In this document: piece by piece, positions 1-13,300 of the stretch | Layout: each line of letters starts with the position of its first letter | How positions within the stretch are numbered: position 1 is the first letter of the stretch | DNA from: Minutocellus sp. GHC0000111 | Taxonomy: Eukaryota | Direction of reading: 5' to 3' | Assembly: GCA_977018835.1 (NCBI GenBank) | Contig: OZ361260.1 | Location: 1,364,001-1,428,000, forward strand | Length of the DNA: 64,000 nucleotides | Position numbers and translations under genes: made by a program | Notes under the pieces: model-generated | Databases searched by the model: none | What the model was told of the DNA's origin: nothing | The model's input: the letters and a program-made list of their open reading frames with translations, nothing else

Positions 1-199
1 TACCGGTAGGTAGATCTACTACCGGTTGATCTACCGTAGTTGTCTATGTCGCCCATCCTGAATCTTGCGCAATATTCATTGTAAATCGAGGTAGATCTAC
101 CCGTGATTTCCTTCCATCTTATTGGTACTTGGATTCAAACGAAATTGCTGAAAACAAAATCAAGCCAAAATGAACGAATGGGCTGCCTCTCCCTCTCCT

Positions 200-1586
200 T
201 TAGGCAAACAATTCATTGAGATAACGCTTGTAGAGGGCCATGTACTTTGCCAGAAATGCCTCGAGGTGGAAGATATCCTTGCTGCCCATGGCAATCCGGT
301 GCTCGTAAAAGGCCGCCGCCTCGACAACCTCGTGCTTGAGAGAGTCGTCCAGATTCCTCATGAGCTCCAGAGCGAGGGTCTTGATGATGACTTCGGCGGG
401 GATGCAGTTGATGAGGAGCTCGTACAGCTTCTCCCTGGCCGAGAGGAGGTGCTGAGGACTTTGGTTGCGCGTGACGTCGGCGGCCAGCTGCTTGATGTAT
501 ACCTCCCAGTCCGTCTGCAGGACGGGAGTATCGGCCTTGAGGCCGCCACCGTTCGGGTCGCGATTTTGAACGTAGCAGGACTCGAACATGAGGACGGCTC
601 TGCGGAGGTTGCGGCTGGAATCACGAGCGATGTTGACGCAAAGCTCGTCGGGGAGGGTGACCTGCTCCTTTCGAGACACGTGCTTGAGAACGCGGCAGAT
701 CTGCATTTTACACAAAGAGATGGGTGACAATATAACGACAACAGATTTATTGTGAGGCATACTCAGCATATCACTACCAACGCCCAAAGATCCTAGAACA
801 GATTTCATGCAACATCCATCTCATTCCGTTCAGATGTCCGTCGATCCCTGCCATCGCCAGAAAAAAAATCGATCAAGAACGTGCAATTCTTCCTCCAATG
901 CGAATGCCAATGACAATAATATTACTCACATCATCATGGCTGGGAGCAGGGACGCGGATGCCGAGACACCTCGACCGGACGGGATCAATGACCTTGGACT
1001 GGTTGTTGCAGCACAGGATGAGGCGGCAGCTGGCGCTGTACTTCTCCATGGTCCGACGGAGGGCCGCCTGGGCCTGCCGGCTGAGCTTGTCCACCTCGAC
1101 CAGGACGACGACCTTGTAGTCTACCTTGTTCTTGCCCCGGCCGGTCGACTTGGTGGCACCGCCCTCGGCGCCACCGTCTCCGCCACTCTTGCTGCTGGCG
1201 CCGAGCGACGTGGCGGCGCTGGAAATGTTCCGGTTGGCCGCCATCTCCTTGATGACCTCCTGCACGACGTAGCGGTCGTTGATGCCGGCGTCTCCGGGGC
1301 TGATCTCGATGTGGTAGTTGGAGCTGATCATGTTGATCTCGATGGACCGCTTGGTCGGGGTGGTGAAGGTCCGCTTGTCGAGGCGGAGGCGCTGGGATCC
1401 CGGGCCGTAGATCTCGCGGAGGAGGGACATGATCCGCGTCTTCTTCCCGGCGCCGGGGGGTCCGTAAAACATGAGGTGGGGGAGGGAGTGGGGGTCGGCC
1501 GCCAGCGATTGGAGACGGGCGGTCGTCTCCGGGTGGTACGACAGCTGCTTGAGCTGGTTCGGCCGGTGCTTGTCTACCCAAAGCAT
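200..1586 (-). CDS. RFC3: Replication factor C small subunit (human RFC3 / yeast Rfc5 type); 2 exons 1586-930 and 700-200
   Basis: Starts MLWVDKHRP. Contains Walker A GPPGAGKKT, SNYHIEISPGDAG, EVDKLSRQAQAALRRTMEKYS, the SRC motif, and C-terminal YELLINCIP and IFHLEAF. A phase-0 intron 929-701 (GTGAGT...TGCAG) joins PSHDD to ICRVL. Confidence 0.95.
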
Positions 1587-1982
1587 GGCTGTATTATGAT
1601 CGGAGGAGAGAGACAATAATGCCGTGCGGTTGATTGCTGTACTGTATGCGAGGCGGCGGGTATGTCATGGAGGTTGGTGAAAAATGAGCCAGGCTGCCGA
1701 GGCCGCCAAAAGGTGCGAAAAAAATTGATGAGCGGGCTGGCGTGTGGCGGGTGCGGGAGATTCAAATTTCGGCACTCGCGGCGGCCTCCTATCCTCAGCT
1801 TCACAGTCAGTCCAGACGAGTCCGAGTTCAAGTCGAGAGGATAAGAGAGTCACCTTTAGTATACATCGTGGGACTGATCTTCGCTCATCTCCTACTCCTT
1901 GTGAGGCCCGAGCTTGACTTGTTTGGAACACATTTTGTGCCGGTTTTGACATCGTCATAAGCAATCGCAACACGTACACAAC

Positions 1983-4900
1983 ATGGCCGGCGGCGGTGCG
2001 GGCGCCAAGTCCAAGGGCGCCAAGGCCAAGTCCAAGCCCCCCCTCCCCGGTCAGAAGAGCATCTCGAGCTTCTTTGGTGCTGCCGCTGCCAAGCCGAAGC
2101 CCAAGCCCCAGCCCAAACCAAAGCCATCTGGTGGAAGCGATAAGGCGCCGCCGTCCTTCTCCTCCTCCGCTGCTGCTGCTGCTTCGGCCACGAACAATAA
2201 TGGCAATGACGCCGCCGCCGCTGCCGCTCGGTCGTCCTCTTCCGCCAATGACATGGAGCGCAATGCGCCCGTTCCCAATACGCCCGACACCGAACCGTGC
2301 AGTCCCGAAACTCCCGCCTTTGGCGCCTCCATTAAGAAGAAGGGGAATACTACTAGTAGTGTGCCTGCCAAGAAGGACAGTGAGGCAAAGAACAAGCAGT
2401 CTGCTTCCGACCTGCAGGATAGTGATGACGACGACATGATGCAGACCCCCACCAACAAGACGGTCGTCAAGAGGCTTGGTTCGGGCAGTAGTAGGTCGTC
2501 CAAGCAGAGGAGTGGCAAACCATCCAAGAGATCTGGCAGTAAGCGTCCCGTCATTGACGACTCCGATGATGCTAGTACCGGTGCCGACGACGATGACGAC
2601 GACAACAAGACACGTATTCCCGAGAAGTATGCGCGCAGCCCTCTCAAGTTTATCGATCGTCGTGTTGCCAAGGTGTTCAACAACGAAGAGACTGGTAAGC
2701 CCGAGATCTTCCTTGGGACCATCACCAAGTATACCAGTGCCGCCGATGAAGCACTCTGGCGCGTCCAGTATGACGATGGCGATTCGGAGGATATGCATTG
2801 GGAAGATCTGGATGCATCCATCGATTTGTATCACAGAAGGGGATATCATCTGGAACCGAGGGCTCCTACTGCGATGGCTACAGTCATCAGCAAGCGCAAG
2901 ACTATCAACGATAGCGAGGACGAAGATGAAGATGCCACTGCTGACACCGATGATGATGCCTACAATCCGACCGATGGTGACGATGGTGATGATACCGAGG
3001 ACAATACTGACATGGAGGAAGTGGTTGATTCCGACCTTGAAGACGTTGTGTCCAAGAAGCCAGCTCGTAAGAAGGTCAAGACGGCGAGTAGCCTCAGTAT
3101 TGACCAGTCGAACAAGGAGGAAGCTACAACTGCAGCCACCGCCACCTCTCCTCTCTTATCGTCCACCAGCAGCAAGTCTCCGGCCAAGCGCAAGCCTGAG
3201 GAGGAATCTGCGACGGCTTCTTCTTCGTCGGCTTCCAAGAAGGCCAAGCCAGCAGCATCGACATCGAAGCCAAAGGTCAAGAAGAAGACTATGGCCAGCG
3301 GCTGGGGCTTCCTCAACAAGCAGACCAGCGCCGAGATCAAGGCTGGGAGAAAAAAGAAGAAGAGTACTGGTGGCCGTGGAGGGAAAGCAAGTAATGCCAT
3401 TGCAGTGGGAGGCGCGTCGGACGGAGACAAGCCCATTCGGGCCTATCAATCGGAGAATCCGGACCTTGAGATTATATCTGACCCTCAGGCGATGTTCAAC
3501 GACATGATCTTCGACAAGCTCAGTAATGGTGGGAAGAACAAGGCAATTCTGGATCCTCTCCTCAAGGTGATGGCCGGTCGACCCCTCCGAGTTGCCACAA
3601 TGTGCAGTGGTACTGAGAGTCCTGTTCTGGCTCTGGACATGTTGTCCAAGAGCATCGAAGAGTTTTATCTGAAGCACCGCCGCGATGAGATCGACCTACC
3701 CGGCGGCACCGAGGGTCAGCCCGTCTTCCAGGTCGAGCATGTATTTTCTTGTGAAATCGAGCCCTTCAAACAGAGCTACATCGAGAGAAACTTTGCGCCG
3801 CCATTGTTATTCCGCGACATCCGGGAGCTCGGCAATGAGCGTGCCGCAACAGCCTATGGAACTCTTGCCCCAGTGCCCAATACCCCTGGAACTGTTGACA
3901 TTCTTGTTGCTGGTACATCTTGTGTCGATTTCTCGAATCTCAACAATTCGCAGAAAGAACTGGACGAGAAGGGAGAATCAGGACAAACATTTCGCGGTAT
4001 GCTTGACTGGGTCAAAAAGGCCCAGCCCCCGATTGTTATCCTAGAAAACGTCTCTGGTGCACCTTTCGACCAAATGGTCGCCCTCATGGAATCCTGTGGA
4101 TATCATTCCACTTTTCTTCGCGTCGATTCCAAGAGGTATTACATCCCCCAGACCCGTCAGCGTGGATATGTCGTCGCCATCAAGAAGGGTAAGAACATTT
4201 CCTCTGCAGTGGTCAGCTCTTGGAAGACTCAGGTCAAAGCCCTTGAGCGCGAGGCCACTGGAGCTCTGGATGACTTTATGCTCCCAGGAGATGATCCGGT
4301 GGTACTGAAGGGCAGGGCTAGTCTCGTCGCCAATGGCTCGGCCGGAGGTAGTAAGAGCAAAACAGAATGGGTCAAGTGCGAGAGCCGGCACTTGTTGGCC
4401 CGATCGAAGGAAGACCTAGGAGAAAAGAGACCATTTACTGGATGGTCCGATAGTAACCCGACGTCGATGCCAGGCTACTTCTGGAATGATTGGGCGAATG
4501 CCCAGGTACACCGTATCCACGACCTCCTTGATATCAACACCCTTCGCCTTGCTAAGCAGGGAGTCGATTGCACGTACAAAACGATGGTGAGCTACTCTAC
4601 TGATATTTAATTGATTTCATTTTCATTTCTTGATTCGTCGCTTTGTCGGATACATGTAACGAAACTCACGCAAAATCTCATTCATTTGTCGAAATCAATT
4701 GTCTACTCCATTGCCTCGTAGATTTGGGATGTTTCCCAGAACGTAGATCGTGATACTATGGGTAGGCTTGGCCTATCTCAGTGTCTCACTCCCTCTGGTG
4801 TGAACTATGTACCGAGAAGAGGGGGGCCTCTCGTCGGAGAGGAGCTTCTTCTCTTGCAAGGTATTCCAGCAGACGATCTCTTGCTGACGAGAGAGTCAGA

Positions 4901-7900
4901 TAAGATGCTGAAGGATCTCGCCGGAAATGCAATGACGACTACTGTTGTAGGTGGTGAGTTAACAGACGTTGTCCGCAACATTGTAATAATTTTTTTTTTC
5001 TTTTTCCCTCCTTTCAATTCTCATCTTCTGTTGATTTCCTTTTGCGCCTTCTTCTCTATTACATAACTTATCCACCGGTACGTGCAGCCTGTATCTTGAG
5101 TGCCCTTACTCTCGGCCACCAAGCTCTTGCCAACGAGAATTCAATCAAGAGCGTTGGTGAAATCGTTGGCAACCTCGTCCCACGGGCTTTGTCGGTTTGC
5201 TCTGCACACCAAGTCCAGACAAGCCGCGATTTTGGCCAGTATCAGGAGTCTGCTCTACCCCTCGAAGCTCAAGCTAAGGACAGCTCCAGCCTGGAAAATG
5301 TTTCGGCCATGGCATCGTCTTCTGCCCGCCGTTGTGTGTCAGAAGGAGCACACCGTGTCCTTCCCAATGATGAGATGGTAGTCTGCATGGACTGCGGGAT
5401 TACTTCGGGCAAAGCTCTGACTGATCCTCCTCGAAAGTATGAGGAACACAGCTTCGTTCCTTTTCCTTCGTCTGCAACCAGTGATGGCGCCACTCCTAGA
5501 TCTTCTCCTGCAGAATTTCGTGAAGCGTTGCTGCCAATGCTACCCATGCGGATCTCCATCAATGGCTTTGATGTCGAGACTCAAGACATACCCGCAGGTG
5601 TAAACGGGGATCTTTGGAAGCAGTGGACAATTGCTTTCAACGAGGCAGTTACGGCATCTGCAAGTGGTTCAGAGCCTGAGTTCCGCTTCAGCAAACTCGT
5701 CAGATCCCACATCTGGACTGCTCAATACGTTTCGTCGAATGGATGTAGACTGGAGCTCCGACTATCGGAAGTTGGAGCCGTTTGGTACATGTTCGCCAAA
5801 GCACCCGCTCGTCAGGGTCTGCTCCGCGATGCTCTCACCAGGCCGGTCGCCCGCATGTTGGTCCAAAGATCCAGCAACGAAGGAAAGTCCTTCTCATTCC
5901 TAAGCGGCCAATGGGAGGTCTGCCTTCCTACTGTAAGAAGTGTCGACGTGACCATCGAAGGCAAGGGTGATAGGGTAGATAGTTGGCAGACGAGTCTTGG
6001 CCTCAAGGCCAATGTTGGTGCCCAGCAACGGTTCGAGCAGCTATCAATATCTCTCGACGGCAATGCTCCATCGGTGCTCAAGTCTGCTGTTGAGGGCACG
6101 TATCAACTTCTTCCAAAGTGCGGCACCGCTGCTGGTTCTCTCCACAAGCGTGTTGCCTCCTCTGAGTCGAGCGACATGTACTTCTTCCTCGACAGTGGTC
6201 GCTGCACCCTCCCGACCGAAGATTCCTTCGTTTTCTCGTCATCCAAGCACAGGACGAGTTACGGTGAGCATCGTCCTATCGAATTGCAGGTTGCATCGAG
6301 CTTCTCGATCAATGTTCCGCCCCTAAAAGAAGGCGATGAAGATCGTGACATTATCCGAAAGGTGAAAGGTACCATTCCTGGCGAGTGGATCAGAATTGAC
6401 AAAGCCAAGGCCGAAGCGACCGTCATCAAAACGCCTACGAAGTTATCTGTACCTACGACTCTGAACATCAAGCTCTCTACCGATGGTTGGAAGAAATGCC
6501 CGGAGATATTGACAGCGACTGTTCCTATGCAGAAAGGCGACGCATTGGTGGAGCAATGTCAAAACGCTCTGTCGTATGTGGCCACCCCCGACGACAGGAG
6601 CAGTGCTTGGATTGATGTCAATGTCCAGAAAAGCGGCAAGGTATTTGACGCCCTGACATTTGTCACCGCTAGGCTCCCAATTCCGGTTCATGTTCACCAA
6701 TGGACACCTCTCGATACTACCAATTGCGTTATCAATGGAGATGATGGAGACTATGCCATCTGCGGCAAGTGTGCGCCGCCACAGCCATCGATTCGTTGGA
6801 CCGTCGTTACCAAAGGAAAGAAGAAGCAATATCTACCTCAAGAAGACGGACGTGAAGCTGCTTCATACGAGCGCGCGATCAAAACCCGGCCTTCTCCCTT
6901 CAATGTTCAGCTGAAGCTGTCTTCTGCCGTTGGAATGGAGACCATTGTTGTCGACGTTCGTTTTGGAGTAAATGCAATTTCTCTTACCCAATCTGCACTT
7001 GGCCTCTTTCCCCGCGAAGCATACGCCCGAAAGAGCATGTTGCATGATGCCTCTCGGAATGAGAAGGATACGATGGAGAGCGATTGTATCTTTGAGTGGA
7101 GAGTCCAGCCCCATGTTGAAGACGTGTCAAAAACGGCTGCAAGTTTTCCGAAGCTTATTCTTTCGTCGAATAAGGATGATAAGCCAGCAGCTCAGCCTCC
7201 CAACTTCAAGAAATATCCCCTGAGGCCCGAGCAATTGCGCTCTCTCTCCTGGATGCTTTCGCAGGAAGCCACGGAAAAGCCCTTCTATGAAGAGGAAGTG
7301 GCAGAGGGCATTTTACCAAAACTAGGTTGGAGAGCAGAAGGGCGCGTTCGTCGTCCGGTCATGGTCCGCGGCGGGCTAATAGCTGATGAGGTCGGGTGAG
7401 TTGGCATTCCCTACACTTACGATCGTATTGCTTTTTGTCCAGGTAAATGTATTTTGTGCGTGATGAGAATCTACATGTATCGGTCTAATATATTTTCTGC
7501 ATTTTTCCATGAAAACCACAGCTATGGCAAAACGGCCATTACACTAGGCCTTATCGATGCAGCACCAGCTGTCAACGGGGATGATCATGCCGTCCCCAAG
7601 GAATATCGAAAAGGGTTCTTTTCCACCAAGGCCTCGCTCGTTGTTATCCCTTCGCATCTCGCCGGCCAGTGGCCAAACGAAATCAAGAAATTCCTTGGGA
7701 ATAGCAAAAAAGTTGTAGCCATCAAGTCGATGGCTGACTTTAACAAGGTATCAGTTTCCGAAATTCAGCAGGCTGACATTGTGCTTGTCAACTTCAGTGT
7801 GCTTTCGTCCGAAAAATATTTTGAGAGACTCGCGAGATTGGCTGGAGTCAACAGCAAGAGCTTCCCCACTGGAACTGCCAAAGCCGCCGATGGTCTCTTC

Positions 7901-10284
7901 AATACTGTCTACAAGGAGTCGACGTCAAAGCTCGAGTCTAGAGTTCATCAGCTCAAGGATGATGCGTCGTCGGCTTATGCGAGTATTGAGGAAGATGCCC
8001 AAGCTCGCAAGCGCGAAGAGGAGAATGCAGAGGCCGGAGTTCGTCGCGACGGCAAGAAGACTGTGTACAATACGGTGTCTGAAGAGCAGACGAAGAACCC
8101 GAGTGAATCGGAAGGCGATGGCAGCAGCAGCGAGAAGAAGGAAAATCAGAAATCGAAGAAGAATGTCGACGAGAAGAAGCTGAGCGCAAAGGATCTTGAT
8201 CCTTGGGATCTGTCTAAATCACACGTGAAGAATGACGTAGGGAAAATGAAGTGTCCTCCGCTGGAACTCTTTCATTGGGAGAGGCTCGTGCTCGACGAGT
8301 TCCACTATATTCTCGAGAAGAACAATCGCTCGCGCGTTTGTGCAATGATGCTGGGATTGAAAGCGAGGAGTCGTTGGTGTCTCAGCGGCACTCCTCCTCA
8401 TGCCAACTTCAATGACGTCCAGGGTCTCTCGGCACTCTTGGGCGTACATCTCGGAAAAAATGAGCCCCTTCCAGGAGAAGCAGCTTCGAATCTTCAGGAG
8501 GGCCAGTCTTCATTTGATGCGTTTTCGTCACTGATGGAAGTCAAGAGCATGCAGTGGCACGAGCGGCGACACGAGGTAGCACAGGGCTTTTTGGATCGCT
8601 TCTTGAGGCAGAATCGTGCTGAAATCGACGAGATCAAGTGGGAAGACAATTCATTAAGTCTATATTTTACCTGTTGCATGATCGTGTTGATAATGGGGGC
8701 AAATTGATTGGTGGCAATCTAACCAATGTCGGTGTGGCCTTTCTCCCTTTCTTCCTTCCTTCCTTCCTTTTACTACCGTGCACCCTTGCACAGATTGTTG
8801 TGGACATGCCACCTGCTGAGCGAGCCATCTATCTCGAGATGGAAGCGTACCTGAAGAGCTTGGACATGAATGCCAAAGGAGCAATGAAGTCGAAGAAGAA
8901 ATCCCGTGGTGACCGGGAGCTGCGGATGGCAGATCTTCTCGAGTCGGCAAAATCTGGCGAAGAAGCGCTCCTTAAGCGATGTGCTCACTTCGACTTGTCA
9001 TCTGATTCATCCGAGACCGCAACTGCACTTGAAACATGCAATCGAATTGCCGACTTGCGGAAGAGAGAGCTGGATGACACTCTCAAGCACCTGAAAGAGA
9101 GCGTAGTCTCTGGCCTCAGGCAGAGAGTTCTCATCGAAGAACTGTGCCCCGGTTGGAAAGGAACCAAGCAATCGGAGAAGGGTGAGGTCGAGGACAGGCT
9201 GGATGTCTACGTCGTCGATGTTGAGAAGAATCGCAGCGTGTCTGGAGGCGCAGACGCCGACGTACACAATCTAATCTCCTCAGTCCTCCGGGAGGCGCAG
9301 GCGGAGGTGTCGACAAATCCAAACGTCGAGGATGTTGACCCCATATTCGAGGATGCCAACCGGCCCTACTACGTCGACGAAAAGACCGGGAAGAAAAAGG
9401 GTAGTAAGGATGTGGATCAACTCGTCTTTGACATGAAATATGCCCTCCGTGAGCATGTTCACACTCTCCGCGCTTTGGGCAAGGAGCTGTCTGGAAGGAA
9501 GAGAAGCGGCCGATACTTTGGTTGGGTGCGAGATTTTCAACACGGAAAGGCTGTCGTTTGTCAGGCGAAGTCTGCCAAGTGTAGCTGTTGCAAGGAAGAT
9601 GGAATCGTGAAGCAAGAGGATAGCGGCGTGTTGAGCTCTTGCGGCCATGTTGGCTGCCTGAACTGTCTGAGCTACCATGCTGCAAAAGATGAGTGCGTCG
9701 ACCCCACTTGCACTGCGCCAACGAAGATCACTCACATCGTGTCTGCGAAGGACCTTGGCGTTGTGGATCAGGGCGCCGGAGTCAGCCATGGATCACGATA
9801 CGGCGCAAAGCTGACGGAGATTGTGACGAAGGTCAAGTCGCTCGTGAAGAATGACGATCGCTGCATCGTTTTTGTTCAATTCCAAGATCTAAAGGACAAG
9901 ATAGCCGAAGCGCTCGAGAACAATGGAGTAAAGTCTCTCCAAGTAAAGGGAACCGTTAACCAGCAGATTAAGGCCCTGGATGTCATGCAGAAGGAGGTAC
10001 CAGGAAAGGATGATCCGCGCGTACTCTTGCTCACGATGGACGACGAAAGCTCTGCCGGTGTGAACCTGACGACGTGCAACCACGCCATCTTTGTTCACCC
10101 TCTACTCGCCGAGTCAGAGCAGCAGTACAAGGCTTACGAGACGCAAGCAATCGGCCGAGTTAGACGGTATGGGCAGACCAAAACTGTCTACATTACAAGA
10201 TACTTTGCCCGAGATACGATCGACGGTGAAATCTTTAAGGAGCGGACCGGAGTCGACGTCAATTCGATGATGTCAACGGACTAA
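1983..10284 (+). CDS. DNMT5: DNMT5-type C5 DNA methyltransferase fused to SNF2 ATPase and RING finger, with N-terminal Tudor-like domain; exons 1983-4586, 4722-4953, 5088-7395, 7522-8653, 8794-10284
   Basis: MTase motifs: RVATMCSGTE (I), FSCEIEPFK (II), AGTSCVDFS (catalytic Cys), ILENV (VI), PQTRQRGY (VIII), DLAGNAM (X). SNF2 motifs: DEVG|YGKT (rejoined across intron 3), LDEFH, SGTP, QAIGRVRRYGQ. RING-like CGHVGCLNC...CVDPTC. The first three introns are canonical GT-AG and restore the frame; the fourth needs a non-canonical donor (see findings). Confidence 0.93.
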
Positions 10285-10381
10285 GTCGGAAGTACGATCG
10301 TAATAAGTGGCCATAAGTTTTATGTTACATTTTAATTTCAATTAATATCATTATCACAGTGTGTATGTATGCACTACTTAC

Positions 10382-13300
10382 TTATTTGCGAAGATAGTTC
10401 AATTTTGTGAGGGCGACGTAGCAAACTACTCGCGACAAAAGACAGATACCGAGTAAATAGGGAAGATCAGCGCGCCAGACATTCTCGTACTGGAACCAAC
10501 CTCCAAATGTTATTTCAACCCACTGCTCTGCAGTTCCATAGCAAGGATCGAAAAAATCTTGAACGCAATCGCCCTTGGTAATAAGGGCCATATTGTATGG
10601 TGAACCAGGTCTGGCCATGATCGGGCTTTCGTCAAGATAATACTGAGACGTGATGAGTGCCTCGAGAACCCAGTGAAGTGGCGTTATCCAGTACATGAAT
10701 ACCCAAAACGAGGATATAAATTGAGGTTTGATCAATATACCACAGAATAGAGCACTCATTCCAGCCACTGCGGATCCCAGGAGCTGTGCTGTCTCGGCAT
10801 CACGAAGCAATGCCGTCAGCATCTGTCCAAGATAGGTAAAGGTGGCCAGAGTCAGTGCAAAAAAGAGAAGGTACGTGAAGAATTTGGCTGCCTCGGGCGA
10901 AAATCCAATCATGAAGTAGAAGACCACGACGAATACCACAGACGCCCAAATGATGAATGGGATTTCCGCAAAGGAAAATGCAGCATTGATTGATGACGAT
11001 TTGTACATCAGGGCAGATTTATGTCGGTAGAACTTTGAGCAAGAAGGAGAGAGAGAGAGGCAGAAAAGTACAACAGATGAGAATAAATCTGATACGTCAT
11101 TGAATTATTGAACGATAAATGAATCTAAGAAAATGCAATCGAAAAAATAATCCTACCATGTTCCTCTCAAGCTCAAATAGGGCTAGGACGGAGTTGAAGG
11201 ATGATATGCCCAAGAATACGGTTGTGACGAAAATAGATGTTATGCGAGAGTTCATGTCACCCTCCGTTGATGGAACACGCTGGGTCACAAAAATCAGGCC
11301 CATTATCAGTCCAACCACAACCGACACGAGAACCCTTAGCAGGTTGTAACTCGGAGAGCGCCAATATATCGTCATTAATCTCTTGAATACCGCTCGACTC
11401 TGTGTTCTCGTTGAAGTAGCGTATTTGGAAGAGTATGTCAACTTGTTCTGATTCGTAGAATTGCGTTGGATAGCAGCAATCCTTGCAAGGCAGCGCTTCC
11501 TGTCGATGGACTTTGCATATGCCTGAGCATAATCGTATGATTCGCCATCATTGGACGAGGAGTCTGATATCACCCTCAACATCCAGGTTGCAGCATTTTC
11601 ACCCTTTTGAATCCTCTCGGTAGAATCAAATCTCTCAAGATAGCGAATGAGACTTGAGCTCTCCGAGCCTAAATCTCCAAAATAGACGACATGACCGCCT
11701 CGCTTTAGAAGCAGCAGAGAGTCAAAGGCATTGAAGATCGCTTGAGATGGTTGATGAATCGTCGCACAAACAGCTCTACCCGTCGCAGCTATGCGATGAA
11801 GACCTCGCATGACGACACTGGCAGCGCGTGCTGAAAGTCCGGACGTTGGCTCGTCCAAAAATATGATGCTCCTGTGCAATGCGGGTAGTAATACCTAGGT
11901 AAGTAAATATGTAACAAAATAGAATGTGTTCCGATAAGTACACGACATCCGGAATCAAGGCGAACAACAATAAAGCAACAGAATAGGGCAAGCAGCACCA
12001 CTTACGGATTGGCCACAAGCTCCACAGCAATGCTCAATCGCTTTCTTTGCTCAAAAGAGAGGCCGCCAGTCACATCGTCACCAACTACAGAGTGTTGAAC
12101 GGGTGTTAGTTCCAACATTCGTAGTACTTTTCGAATGAATCGATCGACATTTTCTTTTGTATTGTTGGGGTCGTCCTCAGCCAATCGTAGCTTTGCAGAA
12201 AATTGGACAGTCTCCAGGACAGTCAATTGGGGCGATTGCACATCGAATTGCTGAACGAACCCCGTGCAACGACGGAAAGAATTTTTCTCTTGGAGGTGAC
12301 CGTTGACTCGAATCTCTCCCTGAATCTCCCCGCTGGTTTTCCTTAGGGCTAGAACTTCCATTAGTGTGGTTTTTCCGGCCCCGGAGGAGCCCATTAAAGC
12401 CGTCATTTTCCCTGGCAAAATGTAGCCATCCGCACCATTAAGAAGGGTAATTGACTCATTCGAAGTCGAGGCCTTGACGGTGTAGCGTATACCTTTCCAA
12501 GTCAGACTTGCTTTCTTGAATGGAAGATCAAATGACTCGTCTGCTGCAGCTTCGGCATTAGCAACGCTACCTTTTCCGATGCCGCCATCGTTTGTATTTG
12601 TCGGAGAGGAAGGGGAATCGGCAGGTTTTCCGCTCTCGTACCGGACATTAGCCAAGAATACTGAAGATGCAATAATCGATATCAAACCAACTCCGGCCGC
12701 AAAGGCTAGACTGTACCACACCCACTCATACTGTAGTGCTTCCCCATTCATTGAAAAGCCGAAACGATCGAGGATGGTATCACCCATAGTCTCGCCCGAC
12801 AAAGGATTGATGTTGTCATAAGCACCACTTTGGAATTCATTGATTGCCAACCCTTTCAAAAGCCAAGCAAAGAAATTTGACCAATATATCCATTGGAGAT
12901 AATTAGGAATGACATCGGGCTGCACCGTGAACCCAGAGAAGATAACCATGATAACTATTTATAAGATGGAGTAGGCAGAAAGTTTTGCAACAAAAAGAAA
13001 AAGATGAATTTGGGTTGTAAGAGCCGACACGGATTAGAGGATGAAAGTTCAGTTTTAGTAGAGAGTTGCAGTAGGCAATCAAAACAATAAAACGAGCCAT
13101 ACGCACCTAGTAGAACTGCCATCCCGGCCTGGCAAGCTGCCTTATCTCGTAGTGCAGAAGAAAATACTGCAAAAATCAGAGTTGCACAATAGGTTGTAGC
13201 CAATATAAGTAGCTCAAATACAAAGTAATTGGCTATCGTCGCTCCATCGCTGTACGATAGACCGACGAAGAAATAAACGATTGTCCCATATAGCATGGAA

